Positions 18,939 through 27,896 of a stretch of 64,000 nt of DNA are shown piece after piece. This DNA is from Dehalococcoidia bacterium (lineage in GTDB: Bacteria > Chloroflexota > Dehalococcoidia > UBA6926). The notes under the pieces were generated by a model. That model did no database searches. It saw only the letters and a list, made by a program, of their open reading frames with translations, and was not told where the DNA came from. Every line of letters begins with the position of its first letter. The first letter of the stretch is position 1. The stretch is taken from the NCBI GenBank assembly GCA_963666115.2, contig CAXXET010000006.1, forward strand, positions 512,001 through 576,000. The letters run 5' to 3'. A program made the translations under genes and the position numbers.

Positions 18939-19773
18939 GGCCGCCGTGCGCGACTTCGTGCCTCTCCTCGATTGTGGTGCGCCGCGGCCCTTCTTCGTGG
19001 CTGTGCGTTTGGCCGTCGCTGGTGGCAAAGACGACGCCGTGGGAGCCGTACAACTCTTCCAGCACCTGCGGGGTGAACGCCTCCTCGGGCGGCCCGCACG
19101 CGCAGACGTGCCTGTTGATGCAGAGGCAGATGTCGAATCGCTCCACGAGATTCGTGAGGTCGTGGGTGGCGAGCAGAATGATCTTGCCCTCGTCGCGCAG
19201 GCCGCGCAGCACCTGGACGATGTCCTCCTGCGCGCCAACGTCGACGCCGCTGAACGACTCGTCCAACAGCAGAACGGAGGCCTCCTGGCAGAGCGCCCGG
19301 GCGATGAACGCGCGCTGGCGCTGGCCGCCGGACAGCTCCGTCATGAGCGCGGAGCGCCGGTCCCAGAGGTTGACGCGCTCAAGGCTCAACTGGCACAGCT
19401 CCTTGTCCTCCCGGGTGTAGCGCCGCAGGAAGCCCTTCTTGCTGGTGCGGCCCATCATCACGACGTCCTCGACGGTGACGGGGATTCGCCAGTTGATGCT
19501 GTCGCGCTGGGGGACATATGCCACGCCGCCCTTGTTGAGGGGCCGCTCCGCGCGAATCTCGGCGGTGCCGTGGTGAATGGGGATGCGCCCGGAGATCGCC
19601 TCGAAGAGCGTGCTCTTGCCCGCGCCGTTCGGCCCGACGACCCCGACGAGCGTGCCGGGGCCGAATTCAAAGGAAACGTCCGTCAGGATGCGCATGCCGG
19701 CCCGCTCAACGGTCAGATCAGTGACGATAATACATGGCTCAGCGTCCTTAAAATCGTTTAGCGATGTCAACAT
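18931..19773 (-). CDS. Zn/Mn ABC transporter ATPase
   Basis: GPNGAGKST, LSGGQRQR, LLDE, ATHDL; start inferred. Confidence 0.92.
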   Translation of the reverse strand: MLTSLNDFKDAEPCIIVTDLTVERAGMRILTDVSFEFGPGTLVGVVGPNGAGKSTLFEAISGRIPIHHGTAEIRAERPLNKGGVAYVPQRDSINWRIPVTVEDVVMMGRTSKKGFLRRYTREDKELCQLSLERVNLWDRRSALMTELSGGQRQRAFIARALCQEASVLLLDESFSGVDVGAQEDIVQVLRGLRDEGKIILLATHDLTNLVERFDICLCINRHVCACGPPEEAFTPQVLEELYGSHGVVFATSDGQTHSHEEGPRRTTIEERHEVAHGGHD

Positions 19774-19840
19774 TGTGAATTTTTTCCTCGCCGTTTTGAT
19801 ACGAGACAACGCGCGTTTTGGATACAAAAAGTCGTCACGC

Positions 19841-20302
19841 TCAGGATACACGCAAGTGACCGATGGACGGAACAGGCCGGTTTTCTCGCGCGCACGTCGC
19901 GCAACTAATATACAGTTCAATCCGATGCCCAATGATAGCGCCGCCAACCTCATTGCCGATGAGGCGCAGAAGCCTCTCAATGGTGCCCGCGTGGAATTCG
20001 CCAATTGCGCCGCACGTCACGCAGACGGTGTGATGGTGGTGTTCTGCGTGGGCCATGGAGTAGCGCGGCTCCCCATTGAGCAAGCTCAATTTGCAGATGA
20101 TGCCCGATTCCATCAGGAGTTTGATGGTGCGGAAGACGGTGGCGCGGCCAATGTGCGGCAGGTCGCGCACGAGGTCTTCGGCGGTGAAACCGTCACTCCT
20201 CTTCTCAAGGTTCTCAACGATTTCCCTGCGCGGCAGGGTGGAGCGGTAGCCCTGGTTCTCCAGGGCGGCGAGAATGTTTGCGCCTTTAATCTCGGTAGTC
20301 AT
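19841..20302 (-). CDS. Fur family (Zur-like) regulator
   Basis: IGRATVFRT, HHHHTVCVTCG, CATC; heads the metal ABC genes. Confidence 0.88.
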   Translation of the reverse strand: MTTEIKGANILAALENQGYRSTLPRREIVENLEKRSDGFTAEDLVRDLPHIGRATVFRTIKLLMESGIICKLSLLNGEPRYSMAHAEHHHHTVCVTCGAIGEFHAGTIERLLRLIGNEVGGAIIGHRIELYISCATCARENRPVPSIGHLRVS

Positions 20303-20408
20303 GATACCCGGTCTTGCTTCCCTCAGTGCGGCTGCTGCTTTCGATGTGCATAATACAAAGATACCTTGTCTCAATAGATGCGTCAACATCTTGCCCGACG
20401 CGGCGGGT

Positions 20409-21236
20409 CTAGTTCCTGATGAGAAGCCCCGGTTGGCACGTCATGCAGTAGTCCGTGATGCGCCGGTTGGCGCTGAGACGGCTGATCCGCCCGCCGCAGC
20501 GCGGGCATTCCTGGTTCGCCTTGCCGTGAACTGACAGCCATTCGCGCCGCTCCAGGTGGATGTCCTCGCCGATGAGCTCGCGCAGGACGACGACGGCGCG
20601 GCGGGGAATGGCGTAGACGGCTGCGTGGAGGCGGGCGACCTCGGCGTCTGAAAGGTCCGCGCGGCGGCGGAACGGGGAGATGCCGGCCTCCCACGCGATT
20701 TCGTCCGCGTAGGCGTTGCCGATGCCCGCCACAAGCGAGCCCCGCGTCAGGATTCCCTTGATCTCGCCCGTGAACCGCCGCAGCCGCGCGGAGAAATCAT
20801 CGAGGCTCAATGGTTCGTCGAGAACGTCCGGCCCGGTCTCCTCCAGCTGCGGAATCTCGGTAAGCCGATCCACCGGCGCGTAGTACACCATGCCCATCTG
20901 GCGGTCGTCCAGATAGCGCAGATCGATGCCGTTGGACAGGGTAAAGGTGAGGCTGACGGTCTTGGTGATCCGGTCCTTGGGAGACGCGAGCCGCAGACGC
21001 CCGGTCAGCATCGGAAAGATGACGAGCGCCATTCCGTCGGAGAGGGTCAGGGTGACGCTCTTGCCGTAGCGGGATACGTCCGTGAACGTCCGCGCCTCGA
21101 TATCCGCCGCAACGTCTATTTCAGACAGGGTTCGGAGGACGGTAGGACGAATGACGCGGGCGGATTTCACCGTCGCGTCAACGACGCGGCGATCCAGAAC
21201 CTCGCGGACGATGGTGAGTTCCGGCGCTTCGGGCAT
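20409..21236 (-). CDS. mutM: Formamidopyrimidine-DNA glycosylase (Fpg/Nei)
   Basis: MPEAPE N-terminus, AGIGNAYADE H2TH, CPRC...CMTCQ zinc finger. Confidence 0.9.
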   Translation of the reverse strand: MPEAPELTIVREVLDRRVVDATVKSARVIRPTVLRTLSEIDVAADIEARTFTDVSRYGKSVTLTLSDGMALVIFPMLTGRLRLASPKDRITKTVSLTFTLSNGIDLRYLDDRQMGMVYYAPVDRLTEIPQLEETGPDVLDEPLSLDDFSARLRRFTGEIKGILTRGSLVAGIGNAYADEIAWEAGISPFRRRADLSDAEVARLHAAVYAIPRRAVVVLRELIGEDIHLERREWLSVHGKANQECPRCGGRISRLSANRRITDYCMTCQPGLLIRN

Positions 21237-21280
21237 CGTGCTGCTCCCTCTCCGAGTCTACCGTAGCGGGGCGCGCGGCT

Positions 21281-21309
21281 TTGACAGAGAGGGGGCGTCA
21301 AATTAAGCT
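21281..21309 (+). promoter_or_regulatory. Sigma70-type promoter for the tRNA pair
   Basis: TTGACA-17 nt-TAAGCT. Confidence 0.7.
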
Positions 21310-21330
21310 GTATCGCACGTGTCGCACCGA

Positions 21331-21403
21331 GCCGAGGTAGCTCAGGTGGTAGAGCACGCGACTGAAAATCGCGGTGTCGGCAGTTCAACTCTGCCCCTCG
21401 GCA
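21331..21403 (+). tRNA. tRNA-Phe(GAA), CCA not encoded
   Basis: GCCGAGG/CCTCGGC acceptor, anticodon loop CTGAAAA, GTTCAAC T-loop. Confidence 0.95.
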
Positions 21404-21424
21404 TATGCGAACGGGTTTAGACAG

Positions 21425-21499
21425 GCGGAAGTGGCGCAGTGGTAGCGCGTCTCCTTGCCAAGGAGAAGGTCGCGGGTTCAAATCCCGTCTTCCGCTCCA
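21425..21499 (+). tRNA. tRNA-Gly(GCC)
   Basis: GCGGAAG/CTTCCGC acceptor, anticodon loop TTGCCAA, encoded CCA. Confidence 0.96.
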
Positions 21500-21524
21500 G
21501 CCTCCACTATCATTCTGAACTAGC

Positions 21525-21549
21525 GTCATTCTGAGCGCAGCGAAGAATC
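21525..21549 (+). repeat. REP-like repeat family A (GTCATTCTGAGCGCAGCGAAGAATC)
   Basis: Exact reverse complement of copies at 44779, 53877, 55075. Confidence 0.88.
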
Positions 21550-21558
21550 TAACCGCTC

Positions 21559-21987
21559 TTACTCCAGTCGGAATACTGGCAGGGTGATGGTGTCGTTGGC
21601 TTGTTCGAATTCTATTTGGCCTTTATCACCGATGCTTACGGCGTCCGGGGTTGGCTCTACGCCGACGATGCGCGTGGGGAGGATTGGGCCTTCGTCCAAC
21701 TTGATGAGCGCGGTGATGAAGGGGACCTCCTCGGCGAAGGCGGGCGCGGGCGGGCGGTGGACGACGGCGTAGGCATACACTTCGCCGCGCCCGCTGGCCT
21801 GCTCCCACGTTGTATCGCGGGAGTGGCATATCGGGCAGATGTCTCGCGGGTAGAAGTACCGCTCGTCACAGGTATTGCAGGAGCGAAGCCACAACTCATT
21901 TTCGTGGGTCTTCTCCCAGTAGAAGTCGTTTTCCTGGGTGGGGGTGGGCAGGGGTCTGGGGGGCGCTTGCCGCTGTTGGTTCGTCAT
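21559..21987 (-). CDS. DUF35 Zn-ribbon/OB-fold protein
   Basis: CNTC..YFYPRDICPIC, GRGEVYAY, LDEGP. Confidence 0.92.
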   Translation of the reverse strand: MTNQQRQAPPRPLPTPTQENDFYWEKTHENELWLRSCNTCDERYFYPRDICPICHSRDTTWEQASGRGEVYAYAVVHRPPAPAFAEEVPFITALIKLDEGPILPTRIVGVEPTPDAVSIGDKGQIEFEQANDTITLPVFRLE

Positions 21988-22020
21988 CGTTTGCCTCTCT
22001 TGTCGATAGGAGTTTCTTGT

Positions 22021-22046
22021 CCGTTCACCCTGAGCTTGTCGAAGGG
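22021..22046 (-). repeat. REP-like repeat family B variant (CCCTTCGACAAGCTCAGGGTGAACGG)
   Basis: Reverse-strand match to the 8988 and 9436 copies. Confidence 0.8.
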
Positions 22047-22048
22047 CG

Positions 22049-23224
22049 TTAGGAGTTGCCGAGAACCAGTGTTGCGGTGGAGGAGAGTTCGCCGCCGGTG
22101 CCGTGCACCAATGAGAGGTTGCAGTCCTCGACCTGCCGGTCTCCGCCTTCGCCGCGCAGCTGCCTCGTCGCCTCGATGAGCAGGAACATGCCGTACATGC
22201 CGGTGTGGGCGTAGGAGAGGCCGCCGCCGCTGGTGTTCATCGGGAAATCGCCGCCAGGGCCGGTTCGCAGATTCGCCACGAAGTCCGGCGCTTCGCCCGG
22301 CCCGCAGAAACCGAGGCTCTCCAGCGTCGTCAGCACCGTGTAGGTGAACGAGTCGTAGATCATGGCGAGGTCGATGTCATCGTGCGTGACGCCGGCCATC
22401 TGCATGGCGCGGGGCCCGGTCTCGTGGGCGATGGTGCGGGTCAGGTCCGGCATCTGGCTGATGATCTGGTGATCGTGGCCCTCCGCGGAGCCGAGGATCC
22501 ACGCGGGCTTCTTCTTCGCGTTGCGGGCAACGTCCGCCGATGCGACGACAGTCGCGCCGCCGCCGTCCGTGACCAGGCAGCAGTCCATGATGTGGAACGG
22601 CCACGCGATCCAGCGCGACTCATGGTAGTCCTCATAGCCCACGTCCGCAGGGCCGATCCAGGTGGGGTGGTTCACGAACGACTTGGGGTTCTTGAGCGCC
22701 CACTTGCGCGTGGCGATGGACACGTCCGCCATGCCCTGCCGCACGCGCTCTTCGCCGTACATGTGCATGTAGCGGCTGCAGGCCATGGCATAGGCGACGG
22801 GCGCGCCAATCATGCCGTACGGAGCTTCGTACTGGGAGCCGGCGGCCGTTGGATCACGACCTGTTCGCGCGCGGCTGGAGCGCCCCGCCTCGCCGTGCGT
22901 GATGAGGGCGACATCGATGAGGCCCGCGTTGATGGCCGCGACAGCGTGCTCCACGTGCGCGAGGAATGAGGAGCCACCAATGGACGTGGTGTCCGTGTAC
23001 TTGGGCACGATGCCGAGGTATTCGGCGACGGATACGGTTCCGACGCCCGCGCAAAAGAGCGCATCGACGTCATCAAAGGTCAGGCCGGCGTCGCGGAGGG
23101 CGTTGTCCGCCGCCTCGGCGTGGTGCTGCATCGATGATTTGTGCGGCACGTGTCCCATCTCGTCGGACTCATCGACGCCGATGATTGCCGCCGCGCGCGA
23201 CAGGCTGCTTGCGTTGGTCGTCAT
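22049..23224 (-). CDS. SCP2-type thiolase-fold protein (Ltp2-like, lacking the N-terminal catalytic Cys)
   Basis: IGGSSF, DCCLVTDGG, IYDSFT, NTSGGGLS; partnered with DUF35. Confidence 0.88.
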   Translation of the reverse strand: MTTNASSLSRAAAIIGVDESDEMGHVPHKSSMQHHAEAADNALRDAGLTFDDVDALFCAGVGTVSVAEYLGIVPKYTDTTSIGGSSFLAHVEHAVAAINAGLIDVALITHGEAGRSSRARTGRDPTAAGSQYEAPYGMIGAPVAYAMACSRYMHMYGEERVRQGMADVSIATRKWALKNPKSFVNHPTWIGPADVGYEDYHESRWIAWPFHIMDCCLVTDGGGATVVASADVARNAKKKPAWILGSAEGHDHQIISQMPDLTRTIAHETGPRAMQMAGVTHDDIDLAMIYDSFTYTVLTTLESLGFCGPGEAPDFVANLRTGPGGDFPMNTSGGGLSYAHTGMYGMFLLIEATRQLRGEGGDRQVEDCNLSLVHGTGGELSSTATLVLGNS

Positions 23225-23272
23225 GCCTCACACCTCCGGTCTCCCCCGTGGAGCGCGCCCAATCGCGCCCGC

Positions 23273-23313
23273 TGCCGACACAGTGACACAAGCGGGGCAG
23301 GGTTGTCACGCGG
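23273..23313 (-). promoter_or_regulatory. Shared upstream motif copy 1 (GTGACA-N15-TGTCAC)
   Basis: Repeated at 24365-24404, each ahead of a catabolic gene. Confidence 0.65.
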
Positions 23314-23362
23314 TCGGTGTCATATTGGACGGATGATTGGCTTAGCCGCCAGCGGTGTTCGC

Positions 23363-23788
23363 CTACTCCCGGCTCGGCAGGGCCACTGTGGCGTTGCCGG
23401 GGGTGACGGTTTCGCCGCGCTGGTTGGTGATGGCCAGGTCTACGTCTACGAGGCGGCGGCCGTTTTCCTCGCGCTTGGCGGTCACGCGGCCCGAAACTGT
23501 GAGCGTGTCGCCCTTGTAGTTGATGCCGCGGTATTGCGCGTTGATGAACACGATGTCGCCGTCGTCGCCGATCCAGTCGCGCAGGGCGCTGTGCAGGTAG
23601 GAATAGCGCAGCGGCCCCTCGCCGAACGCCGCCTGCTGGCCGTTGGCGCGGGCATCATCGTCGTCCATGTGCATCGGCACGAACTCATCGTTCACGGATG
23701 CCCACCGATTCCAGTTCATCAGCGTCGTCGTGCGGGAGAACTGCGGAATCTCCGCGCCCTCGTCAACGTCTTGCCAGTAGAGTGTCAT
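23363..23788 (-). CDS. MaoC/hot-dog fold (R)-hydratase subunit
   Basis: DEFVPMHMDDDDA hydratase motif, hot-dog fold C-terminus. Confidence 0.85.
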   Translation of the reverse strand: MTLYWQDVDEGAEIPQFSRTTTLMNWNRWASVNDEFVPMHMDDDDARANGQQAAFGEGPLRYSYLHSALRDWIGDDGDIVFINAQYRGINYKGDTLTVSGRVTAKREENGRRLVDVDLAITNQRGETVTPGNATVALPSRE

Positions 23789-23806
23789 TGTCTTACTCCA
23801 TCATTC

Positions 23807-24340
23807 CTAGTACAGGATGTTGTTCGTCCTGAATACGCGGACCAGTTCGCCGTCCTGGTTGGTCATGCGCTCCTCGACGACGTAGAAGAGCATCAGGCCG
23901 AGCCCGCCGCGCCGCTCGTACACCTCTTTAAAGGTGAGGACGGACGTGATGACGTCGCCGGGGCGGATGGGAGCGTGGTACTCGGACGATGATCCGGCGT
24001 AGAGGTAGCGTTCCGGCGCGCCGGGCGGACGCAAGTTGCGCGCCTCCTCCAGTTGTCCCTGCGCCTCGTCGATATGCGTCGGCTGCGGGCCGATGTGCGC
24101 CCGTCCGACCATCCAGCCGAACGGATTGAACTCGTCCGGCGCGATGATGCCGCCGAAGCGCGTGGTCTGGGCATACTCCGCGTCCCAGAAGCGGCGCGGC
24201 GGCACCTCCGGCCAATAGGCGGCGATGGCGAAGCGTCGTATCTCGCTTTCGGACACGGGAGGCGAGACAAGCGGCGGACTCTCCGTGCCGATATAGGCCT
24301 GAACTTCGGGCGTGATGTAGGTTTCGGGTTCTGTGGTCAT
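23807..24340 (-). CDS. MaoC-like (FAS1-like N-terminal) dehydratase subunit
   Basis: EIRRFA, FWDAEYA..TRFGGIIAP, PIRPGD. Confidence 0.85.
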   Translation of the reverse strand: MTTEPETYITPEVQAYIGTESPPLVSPPVSESEIRRFAIAAYWPEVPPRRFWDAEYAQTTRFGGIIAPDEFNPFGWMVGRAHIGPQPTHIDEAQGQLEEARNLRPPGAPERYLYAGSSSEYHAPIRPGDVITSVLTFKEVYERRGGLGLMLFYVVEERMTNQDGELVRVFRTNNILY

Positions 24341-24364
24341 GGCTCACCTGTGCATCGTCCTTGT

Positions 24365-24404
24365 TGCCGACACAGTGACATAAGGAGCGTGGGTTGTCAC
24401 GCGG
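24365..24404 (-). promoter_or_regulatory. Shared upstream motif copy 2 (GTGACA-N14-TGTCAC)
   Basis: TGCCGACACAGTGACA...GGGTTGTCACGCGG flanks identical to copy 1. Confidence 0.65.
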
Positions 24405-24422
24405 AGGTGGGTCGACCGAAGG

Positions 24423-25160
24423 TTATTCTTCCTCAATCATCGCGCCTGTCTTGTATGCCCTCAACCAAATGCTAGAGCCTAAGGCTGCACCTAGAACTAC
24501 GGGCGGCAGCAAGAGCAGATTATCTTCAATACCCATATAGGCGAGTACGAAGAATGTTACTATCGCGGCGCCGATCGCCAGACCGACACAGCCTCCCACA
24601 ACCTTCTCGCGCCTTGAAATGAAGCGTGTCCTCCTAAACTCCCTCACGGTGTCAGATTGGCTCGTGCGCTGAGTCGCCGCTTTGAACTCATCCTGGGATA
24701 TGCGGCGCCGCGGGGCAGTCAAGCGTCTCTTGGGAACAAGACTTGAATATCGATCCCTGAACTCTTCGTCTGTTTGCAAGCCCTTCCGTTGGTTGCACTG
24801 ACCACAGATGACCTGGAGGTTCGACTTGTCGTTAGAACCGCCCCGGACAACCGGAACAATGTGGTCAATTTCGAGTGTGCGGGCTGTGCGACGGTGACCG
24901 CAATAGACACAAGTGTTGTTCTGTCGTCGCATCAGTTCTTGTTTGAGCCCCTTAGGCCAAGCCACTCGTTCGGTCGGTCGGATTCGGCGCTCATCAGTGC
25001 GGGTGCGGAGCATCACCCAGATCAATTGATCCGCTACCCATAGTGAAGCGATGACTATCCAGGCCATAACTACCTGGAGGATATTCTTAGCGCGTTGCTT
25101 TGCCGTGACCGTCTCCGATTCTGCCTCGGGCGCGGTGCGAATTTCAGGCTCGTTTGTCAT
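24423..25160 (-). CDS. HNH endonuclease with predicted flanking transmembrane helices
   Basis: CVYCG...EIDHIVPVVRGGSN..SNLQVICGQCNQRKG; hydrophobic segments at both ends. Confidence 0.82.
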   Translation of the reverse strand: MTNEPEIRTAPEAESETVTAKQRAKNILQVVMAWIVIASLWVADQLIWVMLRTRTDERRIRPTERVAWPKGLKQELMRRQNNTCVYCGHRRTARTLEIDHIVPVVRGGSNDKSNLQVICGQCNQRKGLQTDEEFRDRYSSLVPKRRLTAPRRRISQDEFKAATQRTSQSDTVREFRRTRFISRREKVVGGCVGLAIGAAIVTFFVLAYMGIEDNLLLLPPVVLGAALGSSIWLRAYKTGAMIEEE

Positions 25161-25199
25161 GGCGGTTTGGCCTTTCGAGTTGCCGTGAGAGATCACATC

Positions 25200-25538
25200 C
25201 TATCTCGCACCTGCTGGGACGGCAACATCAATGTCAACCATCACGACGGTTGTCGATATCGTTGCGGGCCCGTCGGAAAATGTTCGGCTCAGCTCTGTAG
25301 CGTTTTCGGCCAACGTGTTGCTGTGGAACGTAAGCGCGTCCTGAACGGACATTTGCGGCATGGGAACCGGTTCACCCTTCTCAGTGAGCTCTTCAATGTA
25401 TAGAGCAACGGCATCCCGCATGATCTGCCGGACCTCCGTCCACGTCGCAGCTGTGCCGACGCAGCCCGGCAGGTCAGGAGAATAGGCGCTGTAATTGTTC
25501 GGCGTCTGCTCGAATACAACGGCGTAAGCAAGTTTCAT
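25200..25538 (-). CDS. hicB: HicB family antitoxin
   Basis: YSAYSPDLPGCVGTA. Confidence 0.85.
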   Translation of the reverse strand: MKLAYAVVFEQTPNNYSAYSPDLPGCVGTAATWTEVRQIMRDAVALYIEELTEKGEPVPMPQMSVQDALTFHSNTLAENATELSRTFSDGPATISTTVVMVDIDVAVPAGAR

Positions 25539-25735
25539 CGTTCTCTCCCTCGCAGCCCCGCCTGTCGAAGAATACTCAACCACGTGCCCTGATCGATATC
25601 TTCACTAGGTTTGCCGGCTATCACGACGATTCCTTTCTTGGTTGCATGGTGAAAAATACGGTGACTGCCTCTCATGCGAACAAAATACCAGCCATCTGCC
25701 TCAACGATGCGAATCGCCTCCCGGATCTTTGGCAT
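25535..25735 (-). CDS. hicA: HicA family toxin
   Basis: DGWYFVRMRGSHRIF, GTWLSILRQAGL. Confidence 0.9.
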   Translation of the reverse strand: MPKIREAIRIVEADGWYFVRMRGSHRIFHHATKKGIVVIAGKPSEDIDQGTWLSILRQAGLRGRER

Positions 25736-25784
25736 ACCCTAACCATGCCACAACAGGACATAGGTAGTCGATCCAGACATTCCG

Positions 25785-26975
25785 CTACCTCGGCAGGCCC
25801 AGGCCGCGTTGGGCTATTATGTTGAGCTCTATCTCGCGGCCGCCGCCGGCGAAGCGGTTCATCCAGCTTAGGTAGGAGTTGACTTGCGGGTAGCCGTTCA
25901 TCGGGGCGCGTGGGTCGCCGACGTTGAATATGCCGGACTCCCGCAGCAGCCGGTTCAGCGCGCCAAACACGTTCGGCGTCATCTCGTCGTGGAAGAGCTT
26001 GGAGAACGCTGACTCCATCGCCGGAACCTCGCCCTTGCTCTGGATCCACGCGACCTGGTAGGAGATCATCCTGCCGAGTTCGATCAGCACCCGCGCGTCC
26101 GCCAGCACGTGCCGCGCAAGGGGATCGTCGGTGATGCGGGAGCCGTCTTTCATCGGCGTCTCGCGGGCGTAGTCCAGGAAATTCTCAAGGTCGCGGAGGC
26201 GGTATGACGGGGCCTCGACGTTGGATCGCTCGAAGGACATGTTCGTCATGGCGGCGTACCAGCCGCGGTTGAGTTCACCAACAAGGTTGCGTGATGGCAC
26301 TCGCGCGCCGTCGAGGAACACTTCGACCCAGCGCTGGCGGCCAAGCGCGTCGAACAGGGGGCGCAAGGTGATGCCGGGGTCGTGCATATCCACGACGAAG
26401 TAGGAGATGCCGCGGTGCTTGGGAGCCTGCGGGTCCGTGCGCACGAGGTAGTGGCCGATGTCCGCCATGTGGCCGCCGGTGTTCCATATCTTCTGGCCGG
26501 TGATGACCCAATCATCGCCGTCCTGCACGGCGCGTGTCTGGAGGCTGCCGAGGTCCGCGCCCGCGTTCGGCTCGCTGAACCCCTGGGAGAAGTTGATCAA
26601 CTCGCCGCTCGCGATCTTGCCGAGGATTTCCTCCTTCTGCCAGTCCTGCCCGTAGTACATGAGGGTGTGGGCGAAGAAGGTGGGGGTGGTGACGGGGGAG
26701 CCCCGATAGGCGGCCTCCTCGCGGTACGCTAGCACGCGGCTCAGCGGCGCGTTCTGCCCGCCGAACTCCTCCGGCCAGTGCATGGTGTACCAGCCCCGGT
26801 CGGCCAGCTTCCGCGTGTACTCGTGGATGCGGCGGTCATCCTCCACGTGGTGGACGTCATAGGAGTAGACAGAGTTGCTGAACGAGTCGATGCCGTGGGC
26901 GTCCCACTCGCTTTCGACGAACGACCGCACCTCCTCGCGCAGTTGCTGATCCTCGGCAGTGAATCTGAAGTCCAT
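25785..26975 (-). CDS. Acyl-CoA dehydrogenase (FadE/ChsE-like)
   Basis: WPEEFGG, FSEPNAGADL, GQKIW, GGG.EI..NIIAQRGLGLPR. Confidence 0.93.
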   Translation of the reverse strand: MDFRFTAEDQQLREEVRSFVESEWDAHGIDSFSNSVYSYDVHHVEDDRRIHEYTRKLADRGWYTMHWPEEFGGQNAPLSRVLAYREEAAYRGSPVTTPTFFAHTLMYYGQDWQKEEILGKIASGELINFSQGFSEPNAGADLGSLQTRAVQDGDDWVITGQKIWNTGGHMADIGHYLVRTDPQAPKHRGISYFVVDMHDPGITLRPLFDALGRQRWVEVFLDGARVPSRNLVGELNRGWYAAMTNMSFERSNVEAPSYRLRDLENFLDYARETPMKDGSRITDDPLARHVLADARVLIELGRMISYQVAWIQSKGEVPAMESAFSKLFHDEMTPNVFGALNRLLRESGIFNVGDPRAPMNGYPQVNSYLSWMNRFAGGGREIELNIIAQRGLGLPR

Positions 26976-27096
26976 GACCGCCTCCCCCGATGATTCCCCT
27001 ATCCGTCCGCCGCATTGTGCGCCGATGCGGGCGGGGGCGCAAGGCGGGAAGGCATGGGAGAGGCTTGTCCCCGTCTGCCCGCTGCGTCGAATACGT

Positions 27097-27882
27097 TCAG
27101 GTGTTCAGCGTGTCGCCCTGGGAGTCGATCCGGACGTCTATTTCTATGGGCAGCGCTTCAAGGGCAGGATTGTTGATCAGGGACGCGATGCACTCCGCCG
27201 TTCCGCCCACTAGCGTGGAGGTCATATCGATTTCCGTTGCGACACACCACGCGCGATCCTGCGGCCACCAGTAATTTGGGGATTCGACCATCGATGGTAT
27301 GATGTCCGGCCTGCTGGTGAAGAGCAGGTATTCGAGCGATCCGATTTCGACCGGGTCGGGGGTCCTGACCCATTGACGGGCATCGCGCTCTTTATCAACT
27401 TGCTGGGGCACAGGGTTTCCCACCGGTCTCAGATAGGCGAAGGCTGCGCCGTACCCATGCCAGGCGCCCTCCCAGATGCAGAAGTAGTATACGTCCGGCG
27501 TGCGGGTGAATCGGGTCAGAGCATTGACTAGAATGTCGATCAGCGGGGAATCGAGAGAGCCGTAGTCCGGCCCGCTGCCCCACTCAGGCTTGGCTGACGA
27601 GTTGTCAGGATGGCCGAGTATGGAGTGGAACTGCATGGCGGGGTGAACGGTTCGGCCTGTCCATGACGCGACCTGATCCCAGCGCACGTCCTCATTCTCT
27701 TGTCGCTCAGGGAAGTAGCGGGAGGCCGGGTGGAAGACGCGGGCGTAGGCTTCGAAGCCCTGCGGGATGACGTTGCCGACCAGGTAGCCCTTTTCCCGTT
27801 GGAGAGGCAGCAAGCCGTCTCGTATCCACAGGGCCTCCGCATGATCATCCAGCGGGGTGATTCGCTCTGTGTCCCACCACAT
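27097..27882 (-). CDS. Hypothetical protein (accessory)
   Basis: Intact 261-aa ORF, PQGFEAYARVFHP and SPNYWWPQDRAW motifs; no function recognised. Confidence 0.7.
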   Translation of the reverse strand: MWWDTERITPLDDHAEALWIRDGLLPLQREKGYLVGNVIPQGFEAYARVFHPASRYFPERQENEDVRWDQVASWTGRTVHPAMQFHSILGHPDNSSAKPEWGSGPDYGSLDSPLIDILVNALTRFTRTPDVYYFCIWEGAWHGYGAAFAYLRPVGNPVPQQVDKERDARQWVRTPDPVEIGSLEYLLFTSRPDIIPSMVESPNYWWPQDRAWCVATEIDMTSTLVGGTAECIASLINNPALEALPIEIDVRIDSQGDTLNT

Positions 27883-27896
27883 GTTAGGGTTCTCCG

